From Bradymonadia bacterium (lineage in GTDB: Bacteria > Myxococcota_A > Bradymonadia > UBA7976 > UBA1532), in NCBI GenBank assembly GCA_046290225.1, contig JBKAGE010000078.1, positions 477,049 to 541,048 of the forward strand: 64,000 nucleotides of DNA, written 5' to 3'. A model generated the notes under the pieces. The model saw only the letters and a list, made by a program, of their open reading frames with translations. It searched no databases and was not told the DNA's origin. The position numbers and the translations under genes are program-made. Within the stretch, counting starts at the first letter, position 1. The number at the start of each line of letters is the position of its first letter. Shown here piece by piece: positions 13,438-23,578 of the stretch.

Positions 13438-15570
13438 TCAGACGAAATCGACGAGATCGAAGTCGACTCGGCGCCGGCGGATGTCCACTTGGGCCACCCT
13501 CACCTGCACCGCGTCACCGAGGCGGTGCACAGTGCCTGAGCGGCGGCCCTTCACCATCCCCTGTTCCAGATCGACCTCGTAGCGATCAGATCCGATGCGA
13601 TCGATGGGCACCAGACCCTCGACGTAGTGGCCCACCAGCTCGACGAAGAGCCCGAAGTTCTGCACCCCGATGATGGTGCCCTCGAAGACCTCGCCCACGT
13701 GGCGACTCACGTACATGGCCTTGTAGAGATCCTGCACGGTGCGCTCGGCGTCGATGGCCACGCGCTCCCGACGGCTGCAATGTGCCGAAGACCCCTCGAG
13801 GGTCTCCGCATCCACCGGATCCCGGCCGTGCAGGCGATCCTTGATGAGCCGATGCACCACAAGATCGGGGTAGCGCCGGATCGGGCTGGTGAAGTGCAAG
13901 TAGGTCTCGGTGCCGAGGCCGAAGTGCAGCGCCGGATCGGCCTCGTAGACCGCCTTGGACATCGAGCGCAGCAACAGCTGGTGCAAGATGCGCCGTCGAG
14001 GGTGATCGTCGAGAGACTTCAAGTACTTGGTGAGCTGGCCCGGAGTCACCTTGCCCTTGATGCGCAGGGGCACCCCGAAGAGCTCCGCCTGGCCCTTGAA
14101 CCAGGTGAGGGCGTCTTCCGAGGGTCGGGGGTGAATCCGGAACATGGCCGGCTGGCCGCGCTCGACGAAGTCTGCGGCCACCACCTCGTTGGCCATGAGC
14201 ATCGCCTCTTCGATCATCATGTGGGCTTCGTGACGCTGGTAGATGGCCACGTCGTCCACCTCACCCTGCTCGTCGAGCACGATGCGGGGCTCTGGCAGGT
14301 CGAGGTTCAGGTAACCGCGGCGCTTACGCCACCGCCGGCGTGCCCGGGTGGCATCTCGCAAGCCCTCGAGCACCGGCCGGAGGGCCTCCATTTCGGGATC
14401 GTTGTCGGCCTGGGGCCGATCGTCGGGGCTGCGCACGCCGAGCATACGGGCCGCGCGATCGTAGGTGAACCGCCCATGGCTGCGGATGACCGCCTCGTAG
14501 AGCTGATAGGCACCGATCTCGCCGTCGCGGTAGAGCACCATCTCCGCCACCATGGCCAGGCGCTCTTCATGGGGCCTGAGGCTGCAGAGATCGCTCGACA
14601 GGTGATGGGGCAGCATCGGCAACACCCGATCGGGCAGGTAGACGCTGGTGCCCCGCTGCCAGGCCTCGTCGTCGAGGGGGGTGCCCTCGGTGACGAAGTG
14701 GGCCACGTCGGCGATGGCCACGGTGATCGTCCAGCCACCCTCGTCGTTGGCCACGACGTGCACCGCGTCGTCGAAGTCCTTGGCGCTCTCGGGATCGATG
14801 GTGATCAACGGCCGCGACCGCAAATCGTGGCGCGTCTTGAGCTCCCCTTCGGTCACCGCCTTCTCGTAGCCCTTTGCCTGAGCCTCCACGGCCTCGGGGA
14901 ACTCGATGGGCAGCCCGAGGTCGTAGATGATGAGATCAGTCTCCTGAGCCGCCTCACCGTCCTGCTCCAATGGGCGGATGATGCGCCCCGAGGGGCCACC
15001 GACATCACCAGGGTAGAGCACGAACTCGGCGGCGACGAGGGTGCCATCGGCGAAGTCCGCGGGCCCTTCGACCTGGATGAACTCCGGCAAGCGCGGATCG
15101 TGAGCGGTGAGGATTGCCCCCCGGCGCTGTTGGCGCACAGTGGCCACGAAGGTGCGCAGCCCGCGCTCGATCACCGCGGTGATCACCCCCTCGGGACCAC
15201 GAGGCCCCAAGTGCTGGCGCAGTCGAACGCGATCGCGGTGCAGCGCGGCCCCCACTGAGCGGGCGGGGATGTAGACATCGTCCCCGGCGCCGTCGAGATC
15301 GACAAAGCCGAAGCCTCGAGGGTTGAGCGTGAGCGTGCCCGTGACCTCACCATCGTGCTCTGCGATGGTGAAACGGTTGCCGGGGTGATGCGTCACCTTG
15401 CCGAGGCGCACGAGCTGCCTCACCCGCTCTGCGAGCTCGCCCCGTGCCTCTGTCGGCAGGCCGAGCTTCCGGGCCAGATCCCGGATACGAAGGCTCTTGG
15501 GTGCCGCAGGGAAAGCGGCGATGATCTGGTCGTCGGTGAAAGCCTGTGTCAACTTAGTCTCCCAATACAT
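13438..15570 (-). CDS. rnr: Ribonuclease R
   Basis: N-terminal HTH and CSD (GFGFV), RNB motifs TIDPESAKDFDDA and HFTSPIRRYPDL, C-terminal S1 domain. Confidence 0.95.
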   Translation of the reverse strand: MYWETKLTQAFTDDQIIAAFPAAPKSLRIRDLARKLGLPTEARGELAERVRQLVRLGKVTHHPGNRFTIAEHDGEVTGTLTLNPRGFGFVDLDGAGDDVYIPARSVGAALHRDRVRLRQHLGPRGPEGVITAVIERGLRTFVATVRQQRRGAILTAHDPRLPEFIQVEGPADFADGTLVAAEFVLYPGDVGGPSGRIIRPLEQDGEAAQETDLIIYDLGLPIEFPEAVEAQAKGYEKAVTEGELKTRHDLRSRPLITIDPESAKDFDDAVHVVANDEGGWTITVAIADVAHFVTEGTPLDDEAWQRGTSVYLPDRVLPMLPHHLSSDLCSLRPHEERLAMVAEMVLYRDGEIGAYQLYEAVIRSHGRFTYDRAARMLGVRSPDDRPQADNDPEMEALRPVLEGLRDATRARRRWRKRRGYLNLDLPEPRIVLDEQGEVDDVAIYQRHEAHMMIEEAMLMANEVVAADFVERGQPAMFRIHPRPSEDALTWFKGQAELFGVPLRIKGKVTPGQLTKYLKSLDDHPRRRILHQLLLRSMSKAVYEADPALHFGLGTETYLHFTSPIRRYPDLVVHRLIKDRLHGRDPVDAETLEGSSAHCSRRERVAIDAERTVQDLYKAMYVSRHVGEVFEGTIIGVQNFGLFVELVGHYVEGLVPIDRIGSDRYEVDLEQGMVKGRRSGTVHRLGDAVQVRVAQVDIRRRRVDFDLVDFV

Positions 15571-15728
15571 GCCCGGGGAGCATACGGATCGCGGCCCCGA
15601 GGCTCAAAAGACTTGTGTTTCTGGCCATACCGCTGGAAGGTCTCCCTCATGACCTGAACCAGCATGGCCAGAATGGCCGGGATCCCGTTAACCCGGCCCT
15701 CGAGCCGTCATCAATCAGGGCGGAGGGA

Positions 15729-17465
15729 ATGAAGGCACAGTTCGGCCGATACGTGTTCGTGAAAAAACTCGCCGTGGGCGGTATGGCGGAGATCTTCCTC
15801 GCCCGTCGGCTGAGTTTTGGGGGGTTCGCCAAGTTCGTGGTCATCAAGCGGCTGCTTCCGGAGCACAAGGGCCGCCCGGCCTACGAGAAGCTGTTCCTCA
15901 CCGAGGCCCGGATCGGCGCGCTGCTCAACCACCCCCACATCGTGAACGTCTACGATCTGGGCAAGCTCGACGACATGTACTTCATGGCCATGGAGTACGT
16001 GGACGGTCTCAACGCTGCAGAGCTGATGACCCGAGCGGCCCGCCGACAGAAGGCGATCCCTCTGGGCGTGAGCCTCGGTGTGGTGGCGGCGACGGCCCAT
16101 GCCCTCGACTTCTCGCACCACACGCCAGCCCTCGATGGCAGCCCGTTGTCGGTGATCCACAACGATGTGAGCCCCCAGAACATCGAGCTGAGCTTCGACG
16201 GTGACGTGAAGCTCCTCGACTTCGGCGTGGCAACACAGCAGGGTCACAAGGCCCCTGGCGGCCGCCGGGGCAAGTTCGGCTACATGTCACCCGAGGCCAT
16301 CCTCCGCGAGCCCATCAGCCACCAGAGCGACCTGTTCTCTCTCGGGGTGGTGCTCTACGAGATGGTCTGCGGCCGGCGCCTCTTCAAGGGTCACAACGGC
16401 GAGCAGGCCATGGCCCGGGCGAAGACCAACATGGTGCCCCGGCCCTCCGAGGTCCGCCCCGACATCTCCGGTCGTCTCGAAGAGATCATCCTCGATCAGC
16501 TGCACCTCGACCCCACGTGCCGGGCGCCCAGGGGCCGCATGCTCGCCGAGTCTCTCGAGAGCCTCGCCGAAGAGCTCGGGTGCGACATGAGCCCCGAAGC
16601 CATCCGCGCCTTCCTGCACGATCTCGACAGCGAGGCCATCACCCAGCGACGGGCCGAGCTCGCCGCCCTCGCCGAGGCCACCGACAAGAAGCGTCGGCGC
16701 AGCAAGAAGGCCCGCCCTGCAGAGGCGGCGCCGCAAGCGGCCCCGGAGATCGGCCTCGAAGAGCCGGAGCTCACCCAGGACACCGAGACCGAGCAGGCTC
16801 TGGAAGCGGCGAACCAGGACGCAGAGGCCATCGACGATCCGTCGAAAGCGGCCCTGCCCATCGATCAGAGCAAGCCGCCGTCAGTCCCGACGAAGCCACC
16901 AGAAACGCCCAAGGCACCCCCCTCAGCCCCTGCAGCTGCAGGCCCGCCGCCACCACCTTCGAAAACCTCGGAGACACCGGGCATCACGACCTCTGGCGAG
17001 TTTGCTCAAGATGTCTTCACGGGCATGTACGACATCCCCACCGAGGCCAACAAACCCGAAGAAGACGCATGGGACACCCAGTCTTCTCAGGGCAGCGCGC
17101 CGCCACCTCCACCTCAGGCCCCGGCACCGCCTCAGAGCAAGACCCCATGGCTGATCATGGCCGCGGGCATCGTCGTCGCCGCGGCAGGCGCCTTCTTCGT
17201 GGGTCAGAAGACCACCCAGAGCGCCACCCAGAGCGTCGCCACCAGCGGTACCCTCATGGTCACCTCCGATCCTGAAGGGGCGCATGTCTACGACGGCGAC
17301 ACGCTGTTGGGCTTGACCCCGCTCAAGAAGAGCAACCTGCCTTTTGGCAAGCCACTCAAGCTCAAGATCGACAAAGAGGGCCACACTCCGTGGAACACCT
17401 CGGTCACTCTCGACAAGAAAGACCCTCAACAACGGGTCGTGGTCAGACTCTCCCCCGCCCCCTGA
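15729..17465 (+). CDS. Membrane Ser/Thr protein kinase with C-terminal PEGA domain
   Basis: GGMAEIF, VIKR, HNDVSPQN, DFG, GKFGYMSPE, SDLFSLG; Pro-rich linker, one transmembrane helix, and PEGA signature 'VTSDPEGAHVY...LGLTP'. Confidence 0.93.
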   Translation: MKAQFGRYVFVKKLAVGGMAEIFLARRLSFGGFAKFVVIKRLLPEHKGRPAYEKLFLTEARIGALLNHPHIVNVYDLGKLDDMYFMAMEYVDGLNAAELMTRAARRQKAIPLGVSLGVVAATAHALDFSHHTPALDGSPLSVIHNDVSPQNIELSFDGDVKLLDFGVATQQGHKAPGGRRGKFGYMSPEAILREPISHQSDLFSLGVVLYEMVCGRRLFKGHNGEQAMARAKTNMVPRPSEVRPDISGRLEEIILDQLHLDPTCRAPRGRMLAESLESLAEELGCDMSPEAIRAFLHDLDSEAITQRRAELAALAEATDKKRRRSKKARPAEAAPQAAPEIGLEEPELTQDTETEQALEAANQDAEAIDDPSKAALPIDQSKPPSVPTKPPETPKAPPSAPAAAGPPPPPSKTSETPGITTSGEFAQDVFTGMYDIPTEANKPEEDAWDTQSSQGSAPPPPPQAPAPPQSKTPWLIMAAGIVVAAAGAFFVGQKTTQSATQSVATSGTLMVTSDPEGAHVYDGDTLLGLTPLKKSNLPFGKPLKLKIDKEGHTPWNTSVTLDKKDPQQRVVVRLSPAP

Positions 17466-17474
17466 ATCAAAGCC

Positions 17475-19178
17475 TCACGGGGTCTCTGATTCGCCGGCCT
17501 CGGACAATGATCCCTTCGAGGGTGCCTGGGCATCACCGCCTTGCACTCCAGTCCACTTCACACCAGCCTTCTGTCTCAAATCAGCGAGAAACCGGCGGGT
17601 CTCCGCCTCGCTCACTGGACGATGGGCCAGCTCCTTCTCCAGCTCACCACGGACCTCTGCCAGGGGCACAGTGGTGCGGTCCACCAACTTCACGAGGTGG
17701 AAGCCCCTGCGGCTCTGCACGAGCCTGATCTGGCCGGCTTTCATCTCCTTGAGGTTGGCATCCACCTCCGGGCCGAGGAGCCCGGGGCGCCACTGGGGGA
17801 TCGCGCCCCCCTGCCCTCGAGTGTTGCGATCCTCCGAAGCGGTCTTCGCCAGAGCCTCGAAGGTGATGTCGCCCTCAGCGAGGCGCTTCATGTACCCCAT
17901 GGCCTTCTGCTTCGCCTGCTCGGCGATCTTGCCTTTGAGCCTGCGGGACTTCACGCGCAGATAGGATGTGCCGACCATGATGTGCCGTACGAGGCGGCGG
18001 TCCGCCGAGGGTAGGAAGGTCCGGCTGTCCAGTTTGACAATTTGGTACCCGCCGTCCACTCGAATCGGTCCGGAGACAGAGCCCACGGTGAGAGTCTCCA
18101 ACACCGCATCGGTTTCCGGGCCGAGACGCCCGGGGCCGAAGGTGCCCAGATCTCCGCCCTGCGCTCGGGTACGCATATCATTGGAGTAGCTCTTGGCCTC
18201 GGTGGCGAAGTCGCCCCCCTCGGCGAGCCGTCGGACGATCTCCTCGGCGAGGGCCAGAGCCTGGGTTTGATCGCGCTCGCCAGCCTGCTCGGCGATGAAG
18301 ATGTAGCTGCCGGTGTAGCGTGCCCCTTTGCGCACCCCTTCGACCTGCACCACATGAAAACCCTGCTCTCCTTCGAGGACCGGGGAGATCTCGCCCACGG
18401 CGAGGCGGCCCACGAGGTTCTCGAAGGCCTGTCCATATCGACCGTTCCAGTCATCGCCGGCCCAACCACCCCGTGGCGCAGTGAAGTCATCGGAGTGTGC
18501 CTTGGCGAGGGCGGCGAAGTCGGCACCATCGATGAGACGCTTGCGCAGCTTCTTGGCCGCCAACCGTGCCTCTCGCTTGATGCTGGCCTGCTCGGCTTTG
18601 TGCTGCGCTTCGGTGTACAGGGTGCTGGACTGGATGTGGGTGGTCACCAGAATCTGGGCCACCTTCAAGGTCGTGCCTCCGGCCCCATACCGACGTGTGT
18701 AGAGTGCCTCAATGTCTTTCTCGGGGATCTGCTTCGCCATGATCTTGCGGGTGAGCAGTTGCGTCCGCTGGTCCCGGCGACGACCTTCGAGCCAGACATC
18801 GTAGGCCCAGCCCTGCTCTGCGAGGTGACTGCGCAGCCGAGCCTCGTCTCCACCAAAGCGCCCTTTGAGAATCGACTGCACTTCTCGATCGGCGGCGGCG
18901 TTGCACTCTGCATCTGTCACCGAGATGCCCGCCTCTGAGGCTGCCCGCTCTACGAGCTGCTTCTCGGCATATCGATTGAAGAACGCAGGGCCTTGCTCGG
19001 CGATGAAGGCCTGAACCAGCTCACCCTGTGACACAGGCGCGTCGCCGATGGTGCCGATCACGGGATCAGATCCGCCCTTGGGTGCGGGGCCGGGGGCATC
19101 GCAGGCCATGGCCAGCGAGATCGTACACACGCCGAGGCCGATCTTGAGAGGGTGAAGCCGTGATCTCAGGGGACGCAT
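17475..19178 (-). CDS. Peptidyl-prolyl isomerase lipoprotein (PrsA/SurA-like, three parvulin domains)
   Basis: Lipobox LAMA-C. Three 'F..LAK..S.D....GG' / 'GFHxVK' parvulin units. Confidence 0.9.
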   Translation of the reverse strand: MRPLRSRLHPLKIGLGVCTISLAMACDAPGPAPKGGSDPVIGTIGDAPVSQGELVQAFIAEQGPAFFNRYAEKQLVERAASEAGISVTDAECNAAADREVQSILKGRFGGDEARLRSHLAEQGWAYDVWLEGRRRDQRTQLLTRKIMAKQIPEKDIEALYTRRYGAGGTTLKVAQILVTTHIQSSTLYTEAQHKAEQASIKREARLAAKKLRKRLIDGADFAALAKAHSDDFTAPRGGWAGDDWNGRYGQAFENLVGRLAVGEISPVLEGEQGFHVVQVEGVRKGARYTGSYIFIAEQAGERDQTQALALAEEIVRRLAEGGDFATEAKSYSNDMRTRAQGGDLGTFGPGRLGPETDAVLETLTVGSVSGPIRVDGGYQIVKLDSRTFLPSADRRLVRHIMVGTSYLRVKSRRLKGKIAEQAKQKAMGYMKRLAEGDITFEALAKTASEDRNTRGQGGAIPQWRPGLLGPEVDANLKEMKAGQIRLVQSRRGFHLVKLVDRTTVPLAEVRGELEKELAHRPVSEAETRRFLADLRQKAGVKWTGVQGGDAQAPSKGSLSEAGESETP

Positions 19179-19289
19179 ATCGCTCCTCTTCTAGGGGACC
19201 GGAGGATGGTGCGGGGGGCCCCAGCCCCCGTCAAGACTGATGACCGGCCGTGCCGACAGTCTCCTTTTTCGGAAAATTGAAAAGAAGTG

Positions 19290-19318
19290 TTGACACCCTC
19301 AGGGGTCGGCGATAAGTT
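19290..19318 (+). promoter_or_regulatory. sigma70 promoter of tRNA-Ala
   Basis: TTGACA-17 nt-TAAGTT, with an A-rich UP-like tract upstream and a GC-rich discriminator downstream. Confidence 0.8.
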
Positions 19319-19386
19319 CCGCGTCACCTCAACGGGGCACCACCCCAAACGAGGCAACCCACTCAGCGGTAAGGCCCAATCATTTT

Positions 19387-19459
19387 GGGGCTGTAGCTCA
19401 GTTGGGAGAGCACTTGACTGGCAGTCAAGGGGTCAGGGGTTCAAGTCCCCTCAGCTCCA
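19387..19459 (+). tRNA. tRNA-Ala(GGC)
   Basis: Cloverleaf: GGGGCTG/CAGCTCC acceptor stem with G3:U70, anticodon arm CTTGA-CTGGCAG-TCAAG, T-loop TTCAAGT, discriminator A. CCA is not encoded in register (followed by CCC). Confidence 0.97.
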
Positions 19460-19479
19460 CCCACCGCTGAAATGTGGTG

Positions 19480-19513
19480 AAAAGGCCGGCAGAAATGCCG
19501 GCCTTTTTTATTT
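19480..19513 (+). terminator. Rho-independent terminator after tRNA-Ala
   Basis: AAAAGGCCGGCA-GAAA-TGCCGGCCTTTT hairpin followed by a T-tract. Confidence 0.9.
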
Positions 19514-19702
19514 CCGTGCGCAGTTTTTCATCTCTGTGCGCAGTGTCTCCATACACTGCTTCTCCGCACAACCTGCCTGCCCTCCTTCCTCAAGCCAACG
19601 CCCCACGACTGTTTTATCATTGTCGCCGTGTCGCCACGCGAAACACTGCCCATCCATGGTACAAACCGCTCGCTCGAAGACACGCCAGAATGGAGGACGT
19701 CG

Positions 19703-22700
19703 ATGCGTCGGAGCGTGAACTGGATGTTGGCCGCGGGCCTGTGCTTCGCACTGGGCTGCGACGATGGTGATGACACCGGAGATGGTGGCGCAGGAGGCGC
19801 CGGTGGCGTTGCAGGTGACGGTGGCGCCGGTGGCGTTGCTGGCATGGGCGGCGACGGCGGTGCTGGCGGTGTAGCCGGTGCTGGTGGCATGGCCGGCATG
19901 GGCGGCGCTGGTGGCGTCGCCGGTATGGGTGGTGATGGCGGCGCAGGCGGTATGGCCGGCGCCGGTGGCGACGGTGGCGCTGGCGGAATGGCCGGTGCTG
20001 GCGGCGACGGCGGCGCAGGTGGCATGGGCGGCGACGGCGGTATGGGCGGTATGGGCGGTATGGCTGGTGCCGGCGGCATGGGCGGTGGCGGTGTACCCGA
20101 TGGCCCCGAGCAGGTCATCTGTGGTGAGCTGCCCGCTGTAGAGGGCGGCACCTGCGCGGTGACGGCCCCCGGCGGTGACGCCATGCGCATTCGGGGCACC
20201 ATCCTGGCGCCCTCCACCATCTATGTGGGTGGTGAAGTCGCCGTCGACGGCAATGGCGACATCGTGTGTGTCGGCTGTGACTGCGCCGACGCAGTGGCCC
20301 AGGCCACGGAGATCACCTGCCCCGACGGTGTCGTGTCCCCGGGCCTCATCAACGCCCACGATCACATCTCCTTCACCCAGAACGATCCCGCCATGTGGGG
20401 GGACGAGCGCTTCGATCATCGCCACGACTGGCGCCGTGGCCTGCGCGGCCACAACGAGATCAACGCCAGCGGCGGCGCGAGCTTCGATCAGCAGGCCTGG
20501 GGCGAGCTCCGCCAGCTGATGGGCGGCACCACCAGCATGGCGGGCTCCGGTGGCTCCCGGGGCCTGGTTCGCAACCTCGACCGCGGCAACCTGCACGAAG
20601 GGCTGAACCAGGGTGAGGTCGAATATGAGACCTTCCCCCTCGGTGACACCGGCGGTCAGCTGCGGGCCATGGGCTGCAACTACCCCGACATCAACAGCCC
20701 CAACGTGCTCGAGAACGACAGCTACCTGCCCCACGTGGCCGAGGGCATCGACGCCGAGGCCCGCAACGAGTTCCTGTGCTTGAGCAGCGACATGGACGGC
20801 GGCGTCGACCTCACCGAGGCCAACAGCGCCTTCGTGCACGCCGTGGGCCTCAACGCCCTCGACGGTGACGTGCTGGCCACCGAGGGCACCGCCGTGGTGT
20901 GGTCCCCCCGGTCCAACATCTCTCTCTACGGGCACACCGCGCCGGTGACCCAGTTCGACAACCAGGGCGTGCTCATCGGCCTGGGCACTGACTGGACCCC
21001 TTCGGGCAGCATCAACATGAACCGCGAGCTCGCCTGCGCGGCCTTCCTCAACGACGTGCACTACGGCGGCCACTTCTCCACCTGGCAGCTCTGGCGCATG
21101 GCCACCATCAACAACGCCGCCGCCCTCGCTGTGGACGACGCCATCGGCAGCCTCTCCGAAGGCCTCGTGGCCGACATCGCCATCTACGACGGCGCCGGTG
21201 CTGAAGACCCCTACTCGGTCATCATCGACGCCAACGTCGGCGACGTGAGCCTCGTGCTCCGCGCCGGTGAGCCCATGTACGGCGATCGGGCCCTGGTTCA
21301 GGCCCTCGGCGCCATGGGCTGCGACAACGTCGACGACGTGTGTGGCACCGACAAGACCGTCTGCATCGACACCGGGGCCTCCTTCGCGGAGCTCCAGGGG
21401 GCCAACAACAACAGCTACGGCCTCTTCTTCTGCGACGTGCCTGCTGGTGAGCCCACCTGTGAGCCCTCCCGCCCCGGTGAGTTCGGCGGCCCCGAGGCTG
21501 ACGACACCGACGGCGACGGCGTGCTCAACGGCGACGACAACTGCCCCACGGTCTTCAACCCGGTGCGGCCCCTCGACGGTGAGACCCAGGGGGACATCGA
21601 CAACGACAGTGTCGGTGACGCCTGTGATGTCTGCCCCCTCGATCCCGACACCGACGACTGCTCCCCCTTCGATCCCCTCGATCGCGATCGCGACGGCACC
21701 CCCAACGATCAGGACAACTGCCCCGCGGTGCCCAACGCCGATCAGGCCGATGCTGATGAAGACGGTGTCGGCGATCTCTGCGATCTCTGCCCCGAAGACG
21801 CCAACCCCAACGGCGCCGCCTGCCCCTTCTCCATCTACACCGTGAAGCGCGGCGAGATCCCCGAGGGCACTGACGTGCGCATCAGCGGGGTGGTCACCGC
21901 CGTAGCCGGCACCCAGGCCATCTTCGTGCAGATCCCCGAGGATGCCCCTGGCTACGACGGCGCTGACTACTCCGGTATCTACATCTTCATGGGCAATGCC
22001 GCCGACGAGGTGGCTTTCCCCGCCGTCGGTGACGCCATCGTGCTCGATGCCACCTACAGCGTCTTCTTCGACCAGCGCCAGCTCAACGGCGTTCGCGCCA
22101 TCTCCGTGGAGAGCAGTGAGAACGCCCTGCCCGCCGCCGAGACCGTCGCCGCCGCTGATGTGGCCACCAACGGCCCCCGGGCCGAGGCCCTCGAGGGTGT
22201 ACGGGTAGAGGTCCTCGGTGCCTCTGTCACCGCCGTCAACCCCCCTGCTGGCCCCGGCGATCAGGATCCCAACAACGAGTTCGTGCTCGACGAGGCCCTG
22301 CGCGTGAACGATCTCATCTTCACCGTGGAGCCCTTCCCCACCGTCGGTGAGCGCCTCGAGCGCGTCGCCGGGGTGCTCCGCTTCGCCAACGGCGACAGCA
22401 AGCTCGAGCCCACTGGGCCCCAGGACATCGGCCGTGGCCTCCCCGAGGTGGCCAGCGTCGGTCCCAACGACACCTTCCTCCGCGTGGACGAGACCGCAGC
22501 GCCTCTGAACGCCGAAGGCATGATGCTGCAGGTGGTGCTCACGGGCCCCGCCGGTGAAGGCGGCCAGGTGATCGGCCTCCGCAGCGATGACATGGGCGTA
22601 CTCACCGTGCCTGCCGAGGTGACGGTGCCCGCCGGCGAGCTCACTGCCCCCGTGGTGGTCACGGGCGTCTCCGTAGGCCAGACCGACGTCATCGCCTCGA

Positions 22701-23542
22701 TCCCCGAGCGTGGCGAAGCCAGGGCCACCGTGCAGGTGCTCGCCGCCGACGCCGGCCCCTCCACCCTCAACATCGATCCCCCGAACATCATCCTCGCCGT
22801 GGGTGAGGTGGCTACGGTGACGGCCTTCGTGGACGTGCCTGCTGGCGAAGAGGGCTACAGCCTGGCCCTGGCCTCCGAAGGCGCCGCCTCTGCTGCGCCG
22901 AGCGTACTGATCGACCCCGGCGCCCAGTCCGCCACCTTCGAGATCACCGCAGCCATGGCCCCGGGTCAGGGCGCCGTCGTCGCCACCTTCGGCGAGCTGT
23001 CGGCCCGCGTTGAGGTCGAGGTGGTCGAGTCCGTGGGTACGCTGGTGATCAACGAGATCGACTATGACCAGCCCGGCGCAGACAACGGCGAGTTCCTGGA
23101 GATCTACAACGGCACCGCTCAGCCTGTGGCCCTTGCTGGCCTCACCGTGGAGACCGTGAACGGCAACGGGAACTCGGTGTACGGCAGCTTCGACCTGTCG
23201 ACGGCGGGCGCTGAGCTCCCCGCTGGGGGCTACCTCGTCATCGGTGTGCCTGCGATCATCAACGCCGTGCCCGAAGGTGTACTCACCATCGAGGCCGGGG
23301 TGAACTTCCTGCAGAACGGCGCCCCTGACGGTGTGCGCCTGCTCCGCAACGAGGGCGGCGAGCTCATCGACGGTGTGGCCTACGAGGGTGAGATGGCCGG
23401 TACCGGTGAGGGCGCGTCCCTCCCTGGCGAGAACGGCGAGAACGGGTACTCCCGCTGCGCCAACGGCGCTGACACCGACGACAACGCCGCCGACTTCGCC
23501 GAGGCAGCCCTCACGCCTGGTGCCGAGAACAACTGCCCCTGA
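19703..23542 (+). CDS. Large modular lipoprotein: amidohydrolase + thrombospondin type-3 repeats + OB-like/Ig-like domains + lamin-tail-like domain
   Basis: GGAGG RBS and lipobox FALG-C. Metal ligands NAHDH, PHVAEG, VHAVG, GTDW. 'DxDGDGV...DNCP' repeats and a C-terminal 'LVINEIDYD...EFLEIYN...TPG' domain. Confidence 0.88.
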   Translation: MRRSVNWMLAAGLCFALGCDDGDDTGDGGAGGAGGVAGDGGAGGVAGMGGDGGAGGVAGAGGMAGMGGAGGVAGMGGDGGAGGMAGAGGDGGAGGMAGAGGDGGAGGMGGDGGMGGMGGMAGAGGMGGGGVPDGPEQVICGELPAVEGGTCAVTAPGGDAMRIRGTILAPSTIYVGGEVAVDGNGDIVCVGCDCADAVAQATEITCPDGVVSPGLINAHDHISFTQNDPAMWGDERFDHRHDWRRGLRGHNEINASGGASFDQQAWGELRQLMGGTTSMAGSGGSRGLVRNLDRGNLHEGLNQGEVEYETFPLGDTGGQLRAMGCNYPDINSPNVLENDSYLPHVAEGIDAEARNEFLCLSSDMDGGVDLTEANSAFVHAVGLNALDGDVLATEGTAVVWSPRSNISLYGHTAPVTQFDNQGVLIGLGTDWTPSGSINMNRELACAAFLNDVHYGGHFSTWQLWRMATINNAAALAVDDAIGSLSEGLVADIAIYDGAGAEDPYSVIIDANVGDVSLVLRAGEPMYGDRALVQALGAMGCDNVDDVCGTDKTVCIDTGASFAELQGANNNSYGLFFCDVPAGEPTCEPSRPGEFGGPEADDTDGDGVLNGDDNCPTVFNPVRPLDGETQGDIDNDSVGDACDVCPLDPDTDDCSPFDPLDRDRDGTPNDQDNCPAVPNADQADADEDGVGDLCDLCPEDANPNGAACPFSIYTVKRGEIPEGTDVRISGVVTAVAGTQAIFVQIPEDAPGYDGADYSGIYIFMGNAADEVAFPAVGDAIVLDATYSVFFDQRQLNGVRAISVESSENALPAAETVAAADVATNGPRAEALEGVRVEVLGASVTAVNPPAGPGDQDPNNEFVLDEALRVNDLIFTVEPFPTVGERLERVAGVLRFANGDSKLEPTGPQDIGRGLPEVASVGPNDTFLRVDETAAPLNAEGMMLQVVLTGPAGEGGQVIGLRSDDMGVLTVPAEVTVPAGELTAPVVVTGVSVGQTDVIASIPERGEARATVQVLAADAGPSTLNIDPPNIILAVGEVATVTAFVDVPAGEEGYSLALASEGAASAAPSVLIDPGAQSATFEITAAMAPGQGAVVATFGELSARVEVEVVESVGTLVINEIDYDQPGADNGEFLEIYNGTAQPVALAGLTVETVNGNGNSVYGSFDLSTAGAELPAGGYLVIGVPAIINAVPEGVLTIEAGVNFLQNGAPDGVRLLRNEGGELIDGVAYEGEMAGTGEGASLPGENGENGYSRCANGADTDDNAADFAEAALTPGAENNCP
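19783..20092 (+). repeat. Degenerate coding tandem repeat (GGAGGMAGxGGD linker)
   Basis: About 100 codons of imperfect 9-12 aa Gly/Ala/Met units directly after the lipid anchor. Confidence 0.85.
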
Positions 23543-23578
23543 TGTACCGAGCGCCCCCTATGGGGCGTCCCCCCTGCT

